Shown here in pieces: positions 18,281-28,226 of a DNA stretch of 64,000 nt (its first letter is position 1; each line of letters begins with the position of its first letter). Below the pieces are notes generated by a model. That model was not told the origin of the DNA and did not search any database. It saw nothing but the letters and a program-made list of their open reading frames with translations. The stretch is taken from contig CAXBMO010000019.1 in the NCBI GenBank assembly GCA_963977015.1, positions 1 through 64,000 on the forward strand. The letters run 5' to 3'. The DNA comes from an uncultured bacterium (GTDB lineage Bacteria; Verrucomicrobiota; Verrucomicrobiia; Verrucomicrobiales; DEV007). The position numbers and the translations under genes were made by a program.

Positions 18281-18350
18281 CGAGATCGTTAAACCGGCTT
18301 TGGAGTGGGCGCCCATCACCGGGCTCCGGCTGGTTCAATCAGCGTTACTA
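18281..18350 (-). mobile_element. Degenerate attC-like site 2
   Basis: Minus strand: TAGTAAC overlapping the stop codon, arms TTGAACCAGCCGGAG / CTCCAAAGCCGGTTTAA, end GATCTCG (GTT to GAT) followed by poly-A and the next ATG. Confidence 0.45.
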
Positions 18351-18917
18351 CCCTTTGTAGAGTTGGAGGTTTCCGCGAATATACCGTTCGACCAACTCAG
18401 GCAACTTCGGATCGGCCTTATAATAGAGGCAATCTAATTCATCATATGGGTCGTCCGGATCAAGTTCGACGCCTAAGTCCAAATCCGCATGCTCGGAAAA
18501 CCGTTCGGGACTGTAGCGATACAAGGCTCTCTGGAAAATCTGTTGATGGTAGTCTGAGGCATACAAATCGAGCCCTGCCTCAACGAGATCCAAATAGGCA
18601 CCATCAGAGTTCGTGAAGTATTGTTGATGCCCGCCATTGTTCACCATCGCATCGTAATACATCAGCGTCTCGAGCGTGCCCCAGTGCCTCGGCAGGTCAC
18701 GAAGCTTCTGCGCGAAGGAGAAGTCATTGTCGTCGTCGGCCTGGTAGAGAGTGGCGACGAGGTCTCCAGCTTCGTATGCAAGACCGTCAGACTTGAGCAT
18801 CCCCCTTGAGAGCGTCAGACTCTTCGGAAGGTTCTCGTGATAGACTCCATTTAGCAGATCCAGCGGGTCATGCTTGCCCGTGAAGAAGTATTTCAGGCGA
18901 GCGATGAGCTGCTTCAT
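18348..18917 (-). CDS. DUF4375/DMP19-family acidic protein
   Basis: YDAMVNNGGHQQYFTNS motif; ELDCLYY...LVERYIR C-terminus; acidic composition. Confidence 0.75.
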   Translation of the reverse strand: MKQLIARLKYFFTGKHDPLDLLNGVYHENLPKSLTLSRGMLKSDGLAYEAGDLVATLYQADDDNDFSFAQKLRDLPRHWGTLETLMYYDAMVNNGGHQQYFTNSDGAYLDLVEAGLDLYASDYHQQIFQRALYRYSPERFSEHADLDLGVELDPDDPYDELDCLYYKADPKLPELVERYIRGNLQLYKG

Positions 18918-18923
18918 TTCTTG

Positions 18924-19050
18924 GTAGAGCGTCAATGGTCTGCGAAGCCCGGCAGGCGGGAAGCGTTGACCACATCAGGATTTTTGAAGTTAGAATTCAT
19001 CGCTAGAAACTCAGAAAGGAGCCGGGGTTCGCACCACCAAATTGTTAGCG
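18924..19050 (-). mobile_element. attC-like integron cassette site 1 (127 bp)
   Basis: Minus strand: CGCTAAC directly after the stop codon, complementary to GTTAGCG at 19547-19541; arms TGGTGCGAACCCCGGC / GCCGGGCTTCGCAGACCA with two extra bases; ends GCTCTAC. Confidence 0.65.
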
Positions 19051-19533
19051 TCAGTTTTTCAGAGCCGACTCTCGATGCTTACGAAGATACTGCCCTAGAT
19101 CGTCCCAGAAGTCATCCCCTAAGGCTCCCAGAAATGCCGAGTGAATCTCGGAGCTTGTTTCGTCTGCGGCACTAAGACACTCCTCTTCGGCCCGGAAAGC
19201 CGGATAGCTCAGTGCTCGAGTATACCAGCTAATGGCAGCTTCACGCGAAAGGATTCGCAAGCCTTCTATCGTGTCTTCCTTGAGATCGTCTTCGTCAATC
19301 TGGGTAAAGTATGTCTGGAAACCATTACCCTCGACCGAGATCTGGGCTATAAACGCGAGATATAAACGCCTAATGGTTGGAGGAAGATTCCGCAACGCAC
19401 CGACATATCGCTCGTGGGAATCATCATCGAAGAGGATGTAATCCTCCACGAAGAACCCAAAGTTCTCAGCGAGATCGTAATCGTCGACCGACTCGGTGAA
19501 GAGTTCGTCATATGCTCGCGGATCGATCTCCAT
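19051..19533 (-). CDS. DUF4375/DMP19-family acidic protein
   Basis: QISVEGNGFQTYFTQ motif, LGQYLRKH C-terminus; very acidic. Confidence 0.65.
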   Translation of the reverse strand: MEIDPRAYDELFTESVDDYDLAENFGFFVEDYILFDDDSHERYVGALRNLPPTIRRLYLAFIAQISVEGNGFQTYFTQIDEDDLKEDTIEGLRILSREAAISWYTRALSYPAFRAEEECLSAADETSSEIHSAFLGALGDDFWDDLGQYLRKHRESALKN

Positions 19534-19691
19534 TATTTAACGCTAACTGGGGAAATTCTGCAGATTTGCAGGATCCTTTTGTGATCAACATTCTTGCAGG
19601 GAGAATTGGATATTGAGAGAGGGTTGCGGAGGAGGGGGAAGTTGAACTTTCATGACCGGATTTTGCGGATGAGCTGCTGCCTGAAGTGGCA

Positions 19692-19719
19692 ATTCTATTG
19701 CGGTGCGAGGCGGTGTCAA
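19692..19719 (-). promoter_or_regulatory. Near-consensus sigma70 promoter pointing into the cassette array (Pc-like)
   Basis: Minus strand TTGACA-N16-TAGAAT. Confidence 0.55.
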
Positions 19720-19920
19720 GGGTTGGTAGGCGATCCTGGCTGACCTCGCCAAATTGGCGATCAACGGAACATTCCCGAAAATGATCCCTGCAGATTTGTC
19801 AAAATATCACGGGACGTGTGATGCGCGGTTTGCCTTCATGTCGCAGAGGAAATGAGGTCGTTGGTGTGGCCGTGAAAAGCGATGCAGTGAGGGTTTGAGC
19901 CGACGAGGAAACGGCGATGG

Positions 19921-20046
19921 GTCTTCTCACAAAGCCTCGAACCGCATTTCCAGTCGGGAAGCGCCGCATCGCAAAATCACGCAAAGCCAATCGTCAAAAA
20001 CCGGGAACAACTTGCGCGTCTGTCACCCTGTTCAATCGTTCCCAAG
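19921..20046 (+). repeat. Left copy of a ~130-bp imperfect inverted repeat flanking pckG
   Basis: Aligns to the reverse complement of 22068-22198 at roughly 75-80% by hand. Confidence 0.85.
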
Positions 20047-21927
20047 TTAATACCGGCTTACGAGCAGGTCCCGCTGCCAGAGCAGTTCCTTGGGAATGTG
20101 ATCCCAGAGTTTGAGGAAGAGTTCGTCGTGGCCGAGGGTTTGGGCGAGGAGCTTTTCGCTGTCGATGGCCATGAGCTCCTGCCATTGCTCGTAGGAGAAG
20201 TCGAGGCCGTCCCAGTTCAGGTCCTCGTAATGCGGCATCCAGCCGACAGGAGTTTCCCGGGCGTGGCCCGCGCCGATGACGCGTTCGACGATCCAGGCAA
20301 GGACACGCATGTTGTCGCCGAAGCCGGGCCAGAGAAAGTTGCCGTTTTCGTCTTTGCGGAACCAGTTGACGTGGAACATGCGGGGCGGTTGGGAAATGGT
20401 TTTGCCCATCTTGAGCCAGTGCCGGAAGTAGTCGCCCATGTGGTAACCACAGAAGGGAAGCATGGCGAAGGGGTCGCGGCGCATCGCTCCCACCTGGCCT
20501 TCGGCGGCGGCGGTTTGCTCCGAGCCGACGGTGGCGCCGAGGTAGACGCCGTGCTGCCAGTTGAAGCTCTGGAAGACGAGCGGGATGGTGGTCATGCGGC
20601 GGCCGCCGAAGATCATCGCGCCGATCTCGACGCCGTCCGGGTCTTCCCACGATTCGTCGATGATGGGGCAGTTGCGCGCCGGGGCGGTGAAGCGGGCATT
20701 GGGGTGACTGGAGGGAATCGCCTTGCCGTCGGCGTCAGTCGTTCCCGGGGTCCAGTCGTTGCCTTTCCAGTCGATGAGGTGATCGGGCGTGTCCGAGGTC
20801 ATGCCTTCCCACCAAATGTCGCCATCGTCGGTCAGGGCAACATTGGTGAAAATGGTGTCGCGCGAGCAGCAGGCCATGGCGACGGGGTTGGTTTCCGCGC
20901 TGGTGCCGGGGGCGACACCGAAGAAGCCCGCCTCCGGATTGATGGCGCGGAGTTTCTTGGCGTCCGAGTCCGGTTTGATCCAGGCGATGTCATCGCCGAC
21001 ACAGGTGACTTCCCAGCCCTGGTCCGAGAACGCTTTGGGCGGAACCATCATCGCGAAGTTGGTCTTACCACAAGCGCTGGGAAACGCGGCGGTGACGTAG
21101 GTCTTTTTGCCGTCCGGGTCTTTAACGCCCAAGATCAGCATGTGCTCGGCCATCCAGTTCTCGTCGCGGGCGATGGTGCTGGCGATACGCAGGGCGAAGC
21201 ACTTTTTCCCAAGCAGGGCGTTGCCGCCGTAGCCGGAGCCGAAACTGAGGATGGTCTTTTCTTCCGGGAAATGGGCGATGTAGGTGTTCTCCGGATTGCA
21301 GGGCCAGGCGACGTCGTCTTCCGGTTTTTCGATCGGGCAACCCACGGAATGCACGCAGCGGACGTAGTCGCGCCGATTGCCGAGAACGTCCCAGATCTTC
21401 GGCGTAACGCGCGTCATGAGTCGCATGTTGAGGGTGGCGTAGGGTGAGTCGGTCAGTTGGATGCCGATCTTCGAGATGGGGGAGCCGACCGGGCCCATGC
21501 TGAAGGGAATGACGAAGAGGGTGCGTCCCTTCATCGCGCCTTGGGAGAGCGCGTTGATTTTCTCCTTCATCTCTTCCGGCTGCATCCAGTTGTTGGTCGG
21601 GCCGGCGTCGTCCTTGGAGACGGAGCAAATGAACGTTCGGCTTTCGACCCGGGCAACGTCCCGCGGATCGGAGCGGAAGAGGTAACTGTTTGGGCGCTTT
21701 TCTTCGTTGAGTTTGATGCAGTCCTTGCGCTCCACCATCATGTCGAACAGCGCGGCGGCTTCCTCGTCGGATCCGTCGACCCAATGAACGCGATCCGGCT
21801 CGAGCAGGCGGGTGATTCGGTCTACCCAACGGATGACGTCCTTGTTTTTCGTAGGCGGCTCGTTGCGAAGAGGATAAACGCACAATGGTGCGACGGTTGG
21901 TGTTTCGCCGGAGGGAAGTTTGCTCAT
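20047..21927 (-). CDS. pckG: Phosphoenolpyruvate carboxykinase (GTP)
   Basis: [63 protein letters not shown]. Confidence 0.97.
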   Translation of the reverse strand: MSKLPSGETPTVAPLCVYPLRNEPPTKNKDVIRWVDRITRLLEPDRVHWVDGSDEEAAALFDMMVERKDCIKLNEEKRPNSYLFRSDPRDVARVESRTFICSVSKDDAGPTNNWMQPEEMKEKINALSQGAMKGRTLFVIPFSMGPVGSPISKIGIQLTDSPYATLNMRLMTRVTPKIWDVLGNRRDYVRCVHSVGCPIEKPEDDVAWPCNPENTYIAHFPEEKTILSFGSGYGGNALLGKKCFALRIASTIARDENWMAEHMLILGVKDPDGKKTYVTAAFPSACGKTNFAMMVPPKAFSDQGWEVTCVGDDIAWIKPDSDAKKLRAINPEAGFFGVAPGTSAETNPVAMACCSRDTIFTNVALTDDGDIWWEGMTSDTPDHLIDWKGNDWTPGTTDADGKAIPSSHPNARFTAPARNCPIIDESWEDPDGVEIGAMIFGGRRMTTIPLVFQSFNWQHGVYLGATVGSEQTAAAEGQVGAMRRDPFAMLPFCGYHMGDYFRHWLKMGKTISQPPRMFHVNWFRKDENGNFLWPGFGDNMRVLAWIVERVIGAGHARETPVGWMPHYEDLNWDGLDFSYEQWQELMAIDSEKLLAQTLGHDELFLKLWDHIPKELLWQRDLLVSRY

Positions 21928-22067
21928 GAGAATGGGAAATTGGATAGGTAATCGGAAGTGCCGGTCATCGCGATGAGGAAGGGATCCGGGACCACAATCG
22001 GCGGGTGACCATAGTCAGCCTCGCGCAGACTTCAAGGACAGGGGTGCGCCCGGGTTTGTAACGCGCC

Positions 22068-22198
22068 CTTGGGAGCGTTGGAAAATGATGACAGACGCAC
22101 AAGTGGTTCCCCTTTTTTTGAAAATTGGCTTCGCGGTGATCTTGAGGTGCGGCGCTTTTCCCGGCTGGAAAGGTTGTTCGGGGTTTGGTGAGAAGGAC
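22068..22198 (-). repeat. Right copy of the inverted repeat flanking pckG
   Basis: Shared blocks with the left copy include GCGTCTGTCA, AAGCCAAT, TTTCCAG, GCGCCGCA and TCCCAAG. Confidence 0.85.
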
Positions 22199-22241
22199 AA
22201 CTCTTGGTGGAGAAAGCGGGAAATCTCGCCTAAATCGGGGG

Positions 22242-23561
22242 ATGAAAACCCTTTTTGGATGCCTGCTAGTCCTCACCGGAAGTCTTTCGGCGCAGGAAGC
22301 GCCCTACGATGTCTTTCCCGAAGCCGAGCCTCCCTATCACCGCGTTCGCTATGAGGCGTCGACGAATCCGGGCGAACTGAGCCTGGCCGTGAACTATACG
22401 ATTTGGATTCCGCCGGGCGTCGAGACCTTGCGCGGGGTGGTGGTTCATCAGCATGGTTGCGGGGAAGGCTCGTGCAAATCGGGGCTCACCGGCGCGTTTG
22501 ATCTGCATTGGCAGGCGCTGGCGAAGGCGCACGACTGCGCGCTGCTCGCGGCTTCCTACGAGCAACCACAGAGCGCGGATTGTCAGCTTTGGTGCGACCC
22601 GCGAAAGGGATCGGACGCGGCCTTTCAACAGGGGTTGGCGGATCTGGGCAGCGCGTCGGGGCATCCGGAACTGGCGACGGTGCCGTGGGCGCTTTGGGGG
22701 CATAGCGGCGGGGCCAATTGGGTGGGGGTGATGACGCTGCTTCATCCGGACCGGGTTGCGGCGACCTGGCTGCGGTCGGGCGTTCCGCTCGTTGTTCCGC
22801 GTCCCGACCGGCCTTCGTCCAACATCGTGCAGATTCCTGACGAACCGATCACGGTGCCGATGATGCTGAATCCCGGGACGAAAGAAGGCGTCACCGTGAA
22901 GGAAGGCCGGTTCTCCAAATTGTGGTCCATGATGGAACTCTTTTTCGAACCGGCGCGGGAGCGGGGAGGGCTGATCGGGGTCGCGGTGGATCCGTTGACC
23001 AGTCACGAATGTGGAAATCAGCGTTATCTGGCGATTCCGTGGCTCGATGCCTGTCTCCGCGCGCGGTTGCCGGAGACGCCGGGGGATCCGCTCCAATCGA
23101 TGCCGGCCGGCGAGGTTTGGCTGGCTCCGTTGCTGGGAAGCGAAGCTGTGCCCGCGGCTGAGTTCACCGGTGACAACGCCAGGTCGATTTGGTTGCCGAA
23201 CGAGACCGTTGCGAAAGCCTGGATGCACTACGTCAAGGATACCGCGGTTCCCGACACGACCCCGCCACCAGCTCCGACGAATCTCGAGGTTCGGAAGGGT
23301 GAGTTGACGTGGGAAGCGGAGGCGGACGTCGAAAGCGGGATTGCCCATTTCATCATCGAACGTGACGGCGAGGAAATCGCCACGGTCCCGGCCCAGCCAA
23401 AGAACCGGTTTGGCCGGCCGCTCTTCCAGGGACTTCAGTACAGCGACACGCCTTCGCAGCCGCTCGTCGAGATGCGTTTCAGCGACAAGGACGCGAAAGC
23501 GGGTGATGATCACGAATACAAGGTGATTGCGGTGAACACCGTGGGTTTGAAGTCGGAGTAG
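22242..23561 (+). CDS. Secreted alpha/beta-hydrolase-like protein with C-terminal Fn3-like domain
   Basis: Signal peptide; WGHSGG nucleophile elbow; [11 protein letters not shown]...[13 protein letters not shown]. Confidence 0.7.
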   Translation: MKTLFGCLLVLTGSLSAQEAPYDVFPEAEPPYHRVRYEASTNPGELSLAVNYTIWIPPGVETLRGVVVHQHGCGEGSCKSGLTGAFDLHWQALAKAHDCALLAASYEQPQSADCQLWCDPRKGSDAAFQQGLADLGSASGHPELATVPWALWGHSGGANWVGVMTLLHPDRVAATWLRSGVPLVVPRPDRPSSNIVQIPDEPITVPMMLNPGTKEGVTVKEGRFSKLWSMMELFFEPARERGGLIGVAVDPLTSHECGNQRYLAIPWLDACLRARLPETPGDPLQSMPAGEVWLAPLLGSEAVPAAEFTGDNARSIWLPNETVAKAWMHYVKDTAVPDTTPPPAPTNLEVRKGELTWEAEADVESGIAHFIIERDGEEIATVPAQPKNRFGRPLFQGLQYSDTPSQPLVEMRFSDKDAKAGDDHEYKVIAVNTVGLKSE

Positions 23562-23632
23562 ATTTTTCGATTGGCTCGCCCGCTCGTCATTCCTCCTTGA
23601 GGTCGCAAAGCAGAATCGCTTAGTCTCGGGAA

Positions 23633-25033
23633 ATGAAACGTCTTCTTACGCTTTTTGCTCTGTACGTTGCGGTCGCCACGGCTTCCGCTGCGGATCGTCC
23701 CAACATCATCTACATCATGGCCGACGATCTCGGCTGGGCGGAACTCGGGAGCTACGGTCAGGAGAAGATAAAGACGCCGAATCTCGACCGGATCGCGGCG
23801 GAGGGGATTCGCTTCACGCAACACTACACCAGCGCCCCGGTTTGTGCGCCCGCCCGGTATTCGCTCATGACGGGGCGGCATGCCGGGCATTCGGTGGTGC
23901 GAAACAACTTTGAGGTTGGGAAGTGGGATTCCCATCAGGGCCAATACCCGATGCCTGCTGAAGAGATTACGATTGCGGAAATGCTGAAAGAAGTAGGCTA
24001 CGCGACCGGCGCCTTCGGCAAGTGGGGGATCGGTCAGCCCGGTTCGGAGGGCGATCCGCTGAAGCAGGGATTCGACCGCTTTTTCGGTTACAACTGCCAG
24101 CGTCACGCGCACAATCTCTTCCCTGAATACATCGTCGATCAAGATGAGAGGGTTCCGCTCGAAGGCAACACCGCAACGGTTTACGGCAAGCAGTATGCGC
24201 CGCAGTTGATTGCCGATGCGGCGCTCGCCTTTGTTGAGGAGAACAAGGATCAGCCGTTCTTTCTCTATTACCCGACCGTCATTCCCCACCTCGCCCTGCA
24301 GGTGCCCTACGATGAACTGGCACCCTACCTGAACGAATGGGATGAGACGCCTTACATCGGCAAAAGTTATCAGCCACACCCGACGCCGCGCGCCGCCTAT
24401 GCCGCGATGATTTCACACATGGATCGTCAGGTCGGGCGTCTCCTGGCGAAGTTGGAGGAACACGGGATCGCCGAAAACACCGTCATCTTTTTCACCTCCG
24501 ACAACGGCACCACCTTTCTCAAGGAGCAGGTCGACTACGAATTCTTCAACAGCGTTGCCGGACTTCGTGGGTTGAAGGGTGAGGTTTACGAGGGCGGCAT
24601 TCGCGTTCCGATGATCGTGCGCTGGCCCGGCAAAATCGAGGCGGGACGAACCACGGATCATCTCAGTGCCCATTACGACGCCCTCGCCACGATCGCAGAC
24701 ATTACGGGGGTTAGGCCCGAGTCGGATCACGATGGCATCAGCTATCTCCCGACGCTCCTGGGGAAGGAGCAACCAACTCACGACTATCTTGTCTGGGATT
24801 TTGCCGGCTATGGTGGACAGGTCGCCCTGCGCCAGGATGGTTGGAAGGCGGTGATCCGGAATCTCCAGAAGAATCCCGACGCCAAAATGGAGCTCTATGA
24901 TTTGAGCCGCGATCCTTCAGAAACCAAGGATCTGGCCGACACGCTTCCGGAGAAAGTCGCCGAACTGACCGAACTCCTGATTGAGGCGCGCGACGAGCCC
25001 GAGGTCGAGAAGTTCCGGTTTTGGAAGTATTGA
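23633..25033 (+). CDS. Arylsulfatase-family sulfatase
   Basis: PNIIYIMADDLG, CAPAR, GKWG, SDNG, YEGGIRVP. Confidence 0.92.
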   Translation: MKRLLTLFALYVAVATASAADRPNIIYIMADDLGWAELGSYGQEKIKTPNLDRIAAEGIRFTQHYTSAPVCAPARYSLMTGRHAGHSVVRNNFEVGKWDSHQGQYPMPAEEITIAEMLKEVGYATGAFGKWGIGQPGSEGDPLKQGFDRFFGYNCQRHAHNLFPEYIVDQDERVPLEGNTATVYGKQYAPQLIADAALAFVEENKDQPFFLYYPTVIPHLALQVPYDELAPYLNEWDETPYIGKSYQPHPTPRAAYAAMISHMDRQVGRLLAKLEEHGIAENTVIFFTSDNGTTFLKEQVDYEFFNSVAGLRGLKGEVYEGGIRVPMIVRWPGKIEAGRTTDHLSAHYDALATIADITGVRPESDHDGISYLPTLLGKEQPTHDYLVWDFAGYGGQVALRQDGWKAVIRNLQKNPDAKMELYDLSRDPSETKDLADTLPEKVAELTELLIEARDEPEVEKFRFWKY

Positions 25034-25145
25034 GAACCGGGGTCGGGCCGGGCGGCTCTGATCTTGCTCGGTTCCGGTGACTCTCATGAAATCCTGGGGT
25101 CGAGATTCGGCATGCAATGCGGCGATGTGCCGCGTAGGGTGAGCC

Positions 25146-25574
25146 ATGAGTGAAGATCCGGAGCGTATCCCGAGAGAGCGGGAAGAGTCGCTGTGTCCCT
25201 GCAAGAGCAAGCTGAAGTATGCGGAATGTTGCATGCCGTTTCACTATGGTCGCGCGAACCCGGAGACGGCGGAGCAATTGATGCGCTCGCGCTACAGCGC
25301 CTACTTTTTTCGGCGGGTCGATTATCTGGTCCAGACGACGCATCCGCGGACGCGCAGCAAAACGCTCAAGGAAGAGCTGGAAAGCACGATCCATGAGGTC
25401 AACTGGAGCTTCCTGAGGATCGTCGAGGTCTCGAAAGGAACGAGCGAAGACAAGACCGGAAAAGTCGAGTTCATCGCGGATTACTACGTGGACGGCGAAG
25501 AGCATCAGCTTCAGGAGCGATCCCGGTTTCGGCGATACAAGGGATTGTGGAAGTATTTGGATGGAAAGGCCTAG
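25146..25574 (+). CDS. YchJ family (SEC-C/UPF0225) protein
   Basis: CPCKS...CC..FH, TAEQLMRSRYSAY, GKVEFIA, ERSRF, WKYLDG. Confidence 0.88.
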   Translation: MSEDPERIPREREESLCPCKSKLKYAECCMPFHYGRANPETAEQLMRSRYSAYFFRRVDYLVQTTHPRTRSKTLKEELESTIHEVNWSFLRIVEVSKGTSEDKTGKVEFIADYYVDGEEHQLQERSRFRRYKGLWKYLDGKA

Positions 25575-25717
25575 CCGGAATTCCGGGGTATGAAGACCGG
25601 CGTGAGGTTTCTCAGGGTTTTAGCGAAATTCTCACGATTGTCAGGGGTGTGATGGGTTCGACTCGGTCGACGGGAGTTCGCTCCGATTTCTCAAAATTCA
25701 CACGTTGAGAATCGTCA

Positions 25718-25734
25718 TTCATGGATGTCATGAA
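25718..25734. promoter_or_regulatory. Palindromic candidate operator TTCATG-N5-CATGAA upstream of the porin gene
   Basis: Perfect inverted repeat containing T-N11-A; identical arms recur at 29389-29405. Confidence 0.6.
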
Positions 25735-25794
25735 TCGAATTCGTCCACCCTGTCATTGCGACAGGTTTGGACGCGTGCGAAATCAGGGTTGCTT

Positions 25795-27036
25795 ATGAAA
25801 GTACCGCGCACCATCAACGTTCTCTTCTTGTCCTGCTTTGCCGCGTCCCTGCTGGTGGCCGAAGAGAAGCAACCCATCATTGAAACGCCGCCATCGCCGA
25901 TGGATTGGCTGACCGGCTCAACCATCAAAGGCGATATCAGGCCGCGCTATGAGTTTGGAGATCAGGAGGGGAGGGACTCTTCCCATGCGGGCACGCTTCG
26001 GGCGCGTCTCGGCCTTTTGAGTGGAACCTTTGCGGGCGTTCAGGCGTTCGCTGAATACGAGGGAACCGTCACCGCCGATCGCGAAAGCTACCAAGCCGCA
26101 AGCGTTCATGGGTTGGGACAAAACAAAACGGTCATTGCCGATCCCGAATCTCACGAGTTGAACCAATTGTGGTTGAACTTTGATGGATGGATTCCGAAAT
26201 CGACCGTCAAAGTGGGCCGCCAGGGAATCAATCTGGATGGCCAGCGCTATGTCGGGACGGTCGCCTGGAGGCAGAACATGCAGACCTTTGATGCGGTGAC
26301 GATCAACTCCAAGCCGATGGATGAGTTAACCATGATCTACGGCTATTTTAACCACGTGGATCGAATCTTTGGCTCGGGTGACATCAATCTCGCCGGGCAG
26401 ACGGATTTCGAGGGGGACTCACACATCATCAACGCGGCCTACACCGGATTGCCCTTCGGCAAATTGACTGTGTTTGGCTACTTCTTTGATTTGGGCAACG
26501 ATGCGGGTGATGCGAACAGCAACCAGAGTTTCGGCGCCAGTCTTGCCGGACCGCTCTTTAGCGAAGTTCTCAAGTACTATGCAGAATACGGTTATCAGAC
26601 CGATGCCTTCGATAGTCCGCTGGACTATGGGGCAAACTACTTTCACGTGAATGTTTCCGCCAGCGCCAAGCCGGGGACGGCCGTGCTGGGGTATGAGTAT
26701 CTTGGGACCGACAATGGAGTTGGATACAAGTTCCCGCTTGCGACCCTTCACAAGTTCAATGGTTTTGCCGATAACTTTTTGGCGACTCCCGCTGGAGGAC
26801 TCCAGGATGCCTATGTGTCGTTGGGCACGAATCTTCCGTTTGGATTCAAGGGAACGCTCGTTTACCACAAATTCCTTTCGGCATCAGGTGGCAATGATCT
26901 GGGTGATGAAGTGGATGCGGTTCTGGTGAAGAAATTGAGCGAGAACCTCACCTTGCTCTCCAAATACGCCTATTTCTTCTCGGACGATTCTCCGGACATT
27001 CAGAGAGCGGTTATCCAGCTCGACTACAAGTTTTAA
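25795..27036 (+). CDS. Alginate-export-family outer-membrane porin, probably nitrate/anion entry
   Basis: RPRYE, GRQ.I.LD.QR.VG.V.WRQN.QTFD, PLATLHKFNGFAD; C-terminal YKF; adjacent to the nitrate cluster. Confidence 0.85.
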   Translation: MKVPRTINVLFLSCFAASLLVAEEKQPIIETPPSPMDWLTGSTIKGDIRPRYEFGDQEGRDSSHAGTLRARLGLLSGTFAGVQAFAEYEGTVTADRESYQAASVHGLGQNKTVIADPESHELNQLWLNFDGWIPKSTVKVGRQGINLDGQRYVGTVAWRQNMQTFDAVTINSKPMDELTMIYGYFNHVDRIFGSGDINLAGQTDFEGDSHIINAAYTGLPFGKLTVFGYFFDLGNDAGDANSNQSFGASLAGPLFSEVLKYYAEYGYQTDAFDSPLDYGANYFHVNVSASAKPGTAVLGYEYLGTDNGVGYKFPLATLHKFNGFADNFLATPAGGLQDAYVSLGTNLPFGFKGTLVYHKFLSASGGNDLGDEVDAVLVKKLSENLTLLSKYAYFFSDDSPDIQRAVIQLDYKF

Positions 27037-27063
27037 GCCAAGGCTTACAGGTTCATAGGGATG

Positions 27064-27100
27064 AGGCGGCTCTCTGGTGATGAGGGCCGCCTTTTTCTTT
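27064..27100 (+). terminator. Rho-independent terminator after the porin gene
   Basis: AGGCGGCTCTC / GAGGGCCGCCT stem followed by TTTTCTTT. Confidence 0.75.
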
Positions 27101-27145
27101 GTTGACGGTGGGGTGGTCAGGGTGGTCGGGGGAACGCGCGAGCGG

Positions 27146-28099
27146 CTACTTTTCTTTGGCTTCGTCATCCGCGGGAGCGTCGTTCCACTGTCCCTTTTTC
27201 GCGATCTCCTGGCAGACCATTTCGCTGAGGCCGAAGAAGTTTTCCTCCATGATCGAGAGGGTCCGGCTGCTATGGGAATAAATCCCCCATTCGCGTTGGA
27301 TCGGCTCTGGTCCAAGTTCGCGAATGAGGAGTGACTTCTCACCGAGTTCCTTGTCGGCAATCCAGGGAGCAATGATGCCGACGCCTACCCCGATTTTCGC
27401 AAATTCCTTGATCGCTTCCATATTTCCCAGGGCCAGTAGCTGCGGTGTTGGGACGCCATGTTTCCGGAAATGCTCTTCCACCATTCGAGTGGTGAGGCTT
27501 CGTTGCGCGTAGACGATCAGTTTTTCGCGCCGCAGGTCTTTGGGAGTCACGAACTCCAGGCTTTCAGGGGCGCTAAGTGGAGAGTAGATGCAGGCCAGGC
27601 GATCTTCAAAGAGCGGCTGGAAATTGAGATGCTCTGCTTTGGAGCTTCGCAAGCTGATCGCAACATCCACTTGTCCGGCATCGACCATGTTGACCAGCTC
27701 CGCGGTGTCGCCGGGCATGATGGAGATCTCGCAATTGGGGAAGCACTCCCGGAATTCCCGGATCACGGCAGGAAGTATGTAGTAACACGCGGTGTGGGCC
27801 GCTCCAACCCGCAACCGTCCAAAGCCGGGCCGGAGTAGAGACGTGACTTCCATCATCGCCGTTTCGGCCTGTGTCAGAATGATCTCCGCGTGACTCAACA
27901 ACGTTTCGCCCGCGCCCGTCAGGGAGATCGTCTTTCCGAGTCGCTCCACCAACTGACAATCCAACTGGCCTTCCAGCGATTTGATCGAGTGACTGACCGC
28001 GGACTGGGTGAGGAAGAGCTTTTCCGCGGCGGCGGTAAAGCTCTTGGTCTCAGCGAGGGCAGAAAAAATTTTGAGTTGCCGTAGATCAAAGAGGTCCAT
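27146..28099 (-). CDS. LysR family transcriptional regulator
   Basis: SFTAAAEKLFLTQSAVSHSIKSLE HTH; GRLRVGA; MEAIKEFAKIGVGV. Confidence 0.93.
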   Translation of the reverse strand: MDLFDLRQLKIFSALAETKSFTAAAEKLFLTQSAVSHSIKSLEGQLDCQLVERLGKTISLTGAGETLLSHAEIILTQAETAMMEVTSLLRPGFGRLRVGAAHTACYYILPAVIREFRECFPNCEISIMPGDTAELVNMVDAGQVDVAISLRSSKAEHLNFQPLFEDRLACIYSPLSAPESLEFVTPKDLRREKLIVYAQRSLTTRMVEEHFRKHGVPTPQLLALGNMEAIKEFAKIGVGVGIIAPWIADKELGEKSLLIRELGPEPIQREWGIYSHSSRTLSIMEENFFGLSEMVCQEIAKKGQWNDAPADDEAKEK

Positions 28100-28154
28100 C
28101 AGGTGAGTTCAGCTTGTGGTTGAACCAGCAGTTTATACGCCGAATTGGAAAGAG

Positions 28155-28170
28155 TGGCATGATAATCGCT
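28155..28170 (+). promoter_or_regulatory. sigma54-type -24/-12 promoter upstream of the NasS-like gene
   Basis: TGGCATGATAATCGCT (GG-N10-GC). Confidence 0.55.
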
Positions 28171-28226
28171 TATAAGAAGGATGAACTGAGTGAATAGCCG
28201 AACTTTCGTCAACAATTACACCTTCT

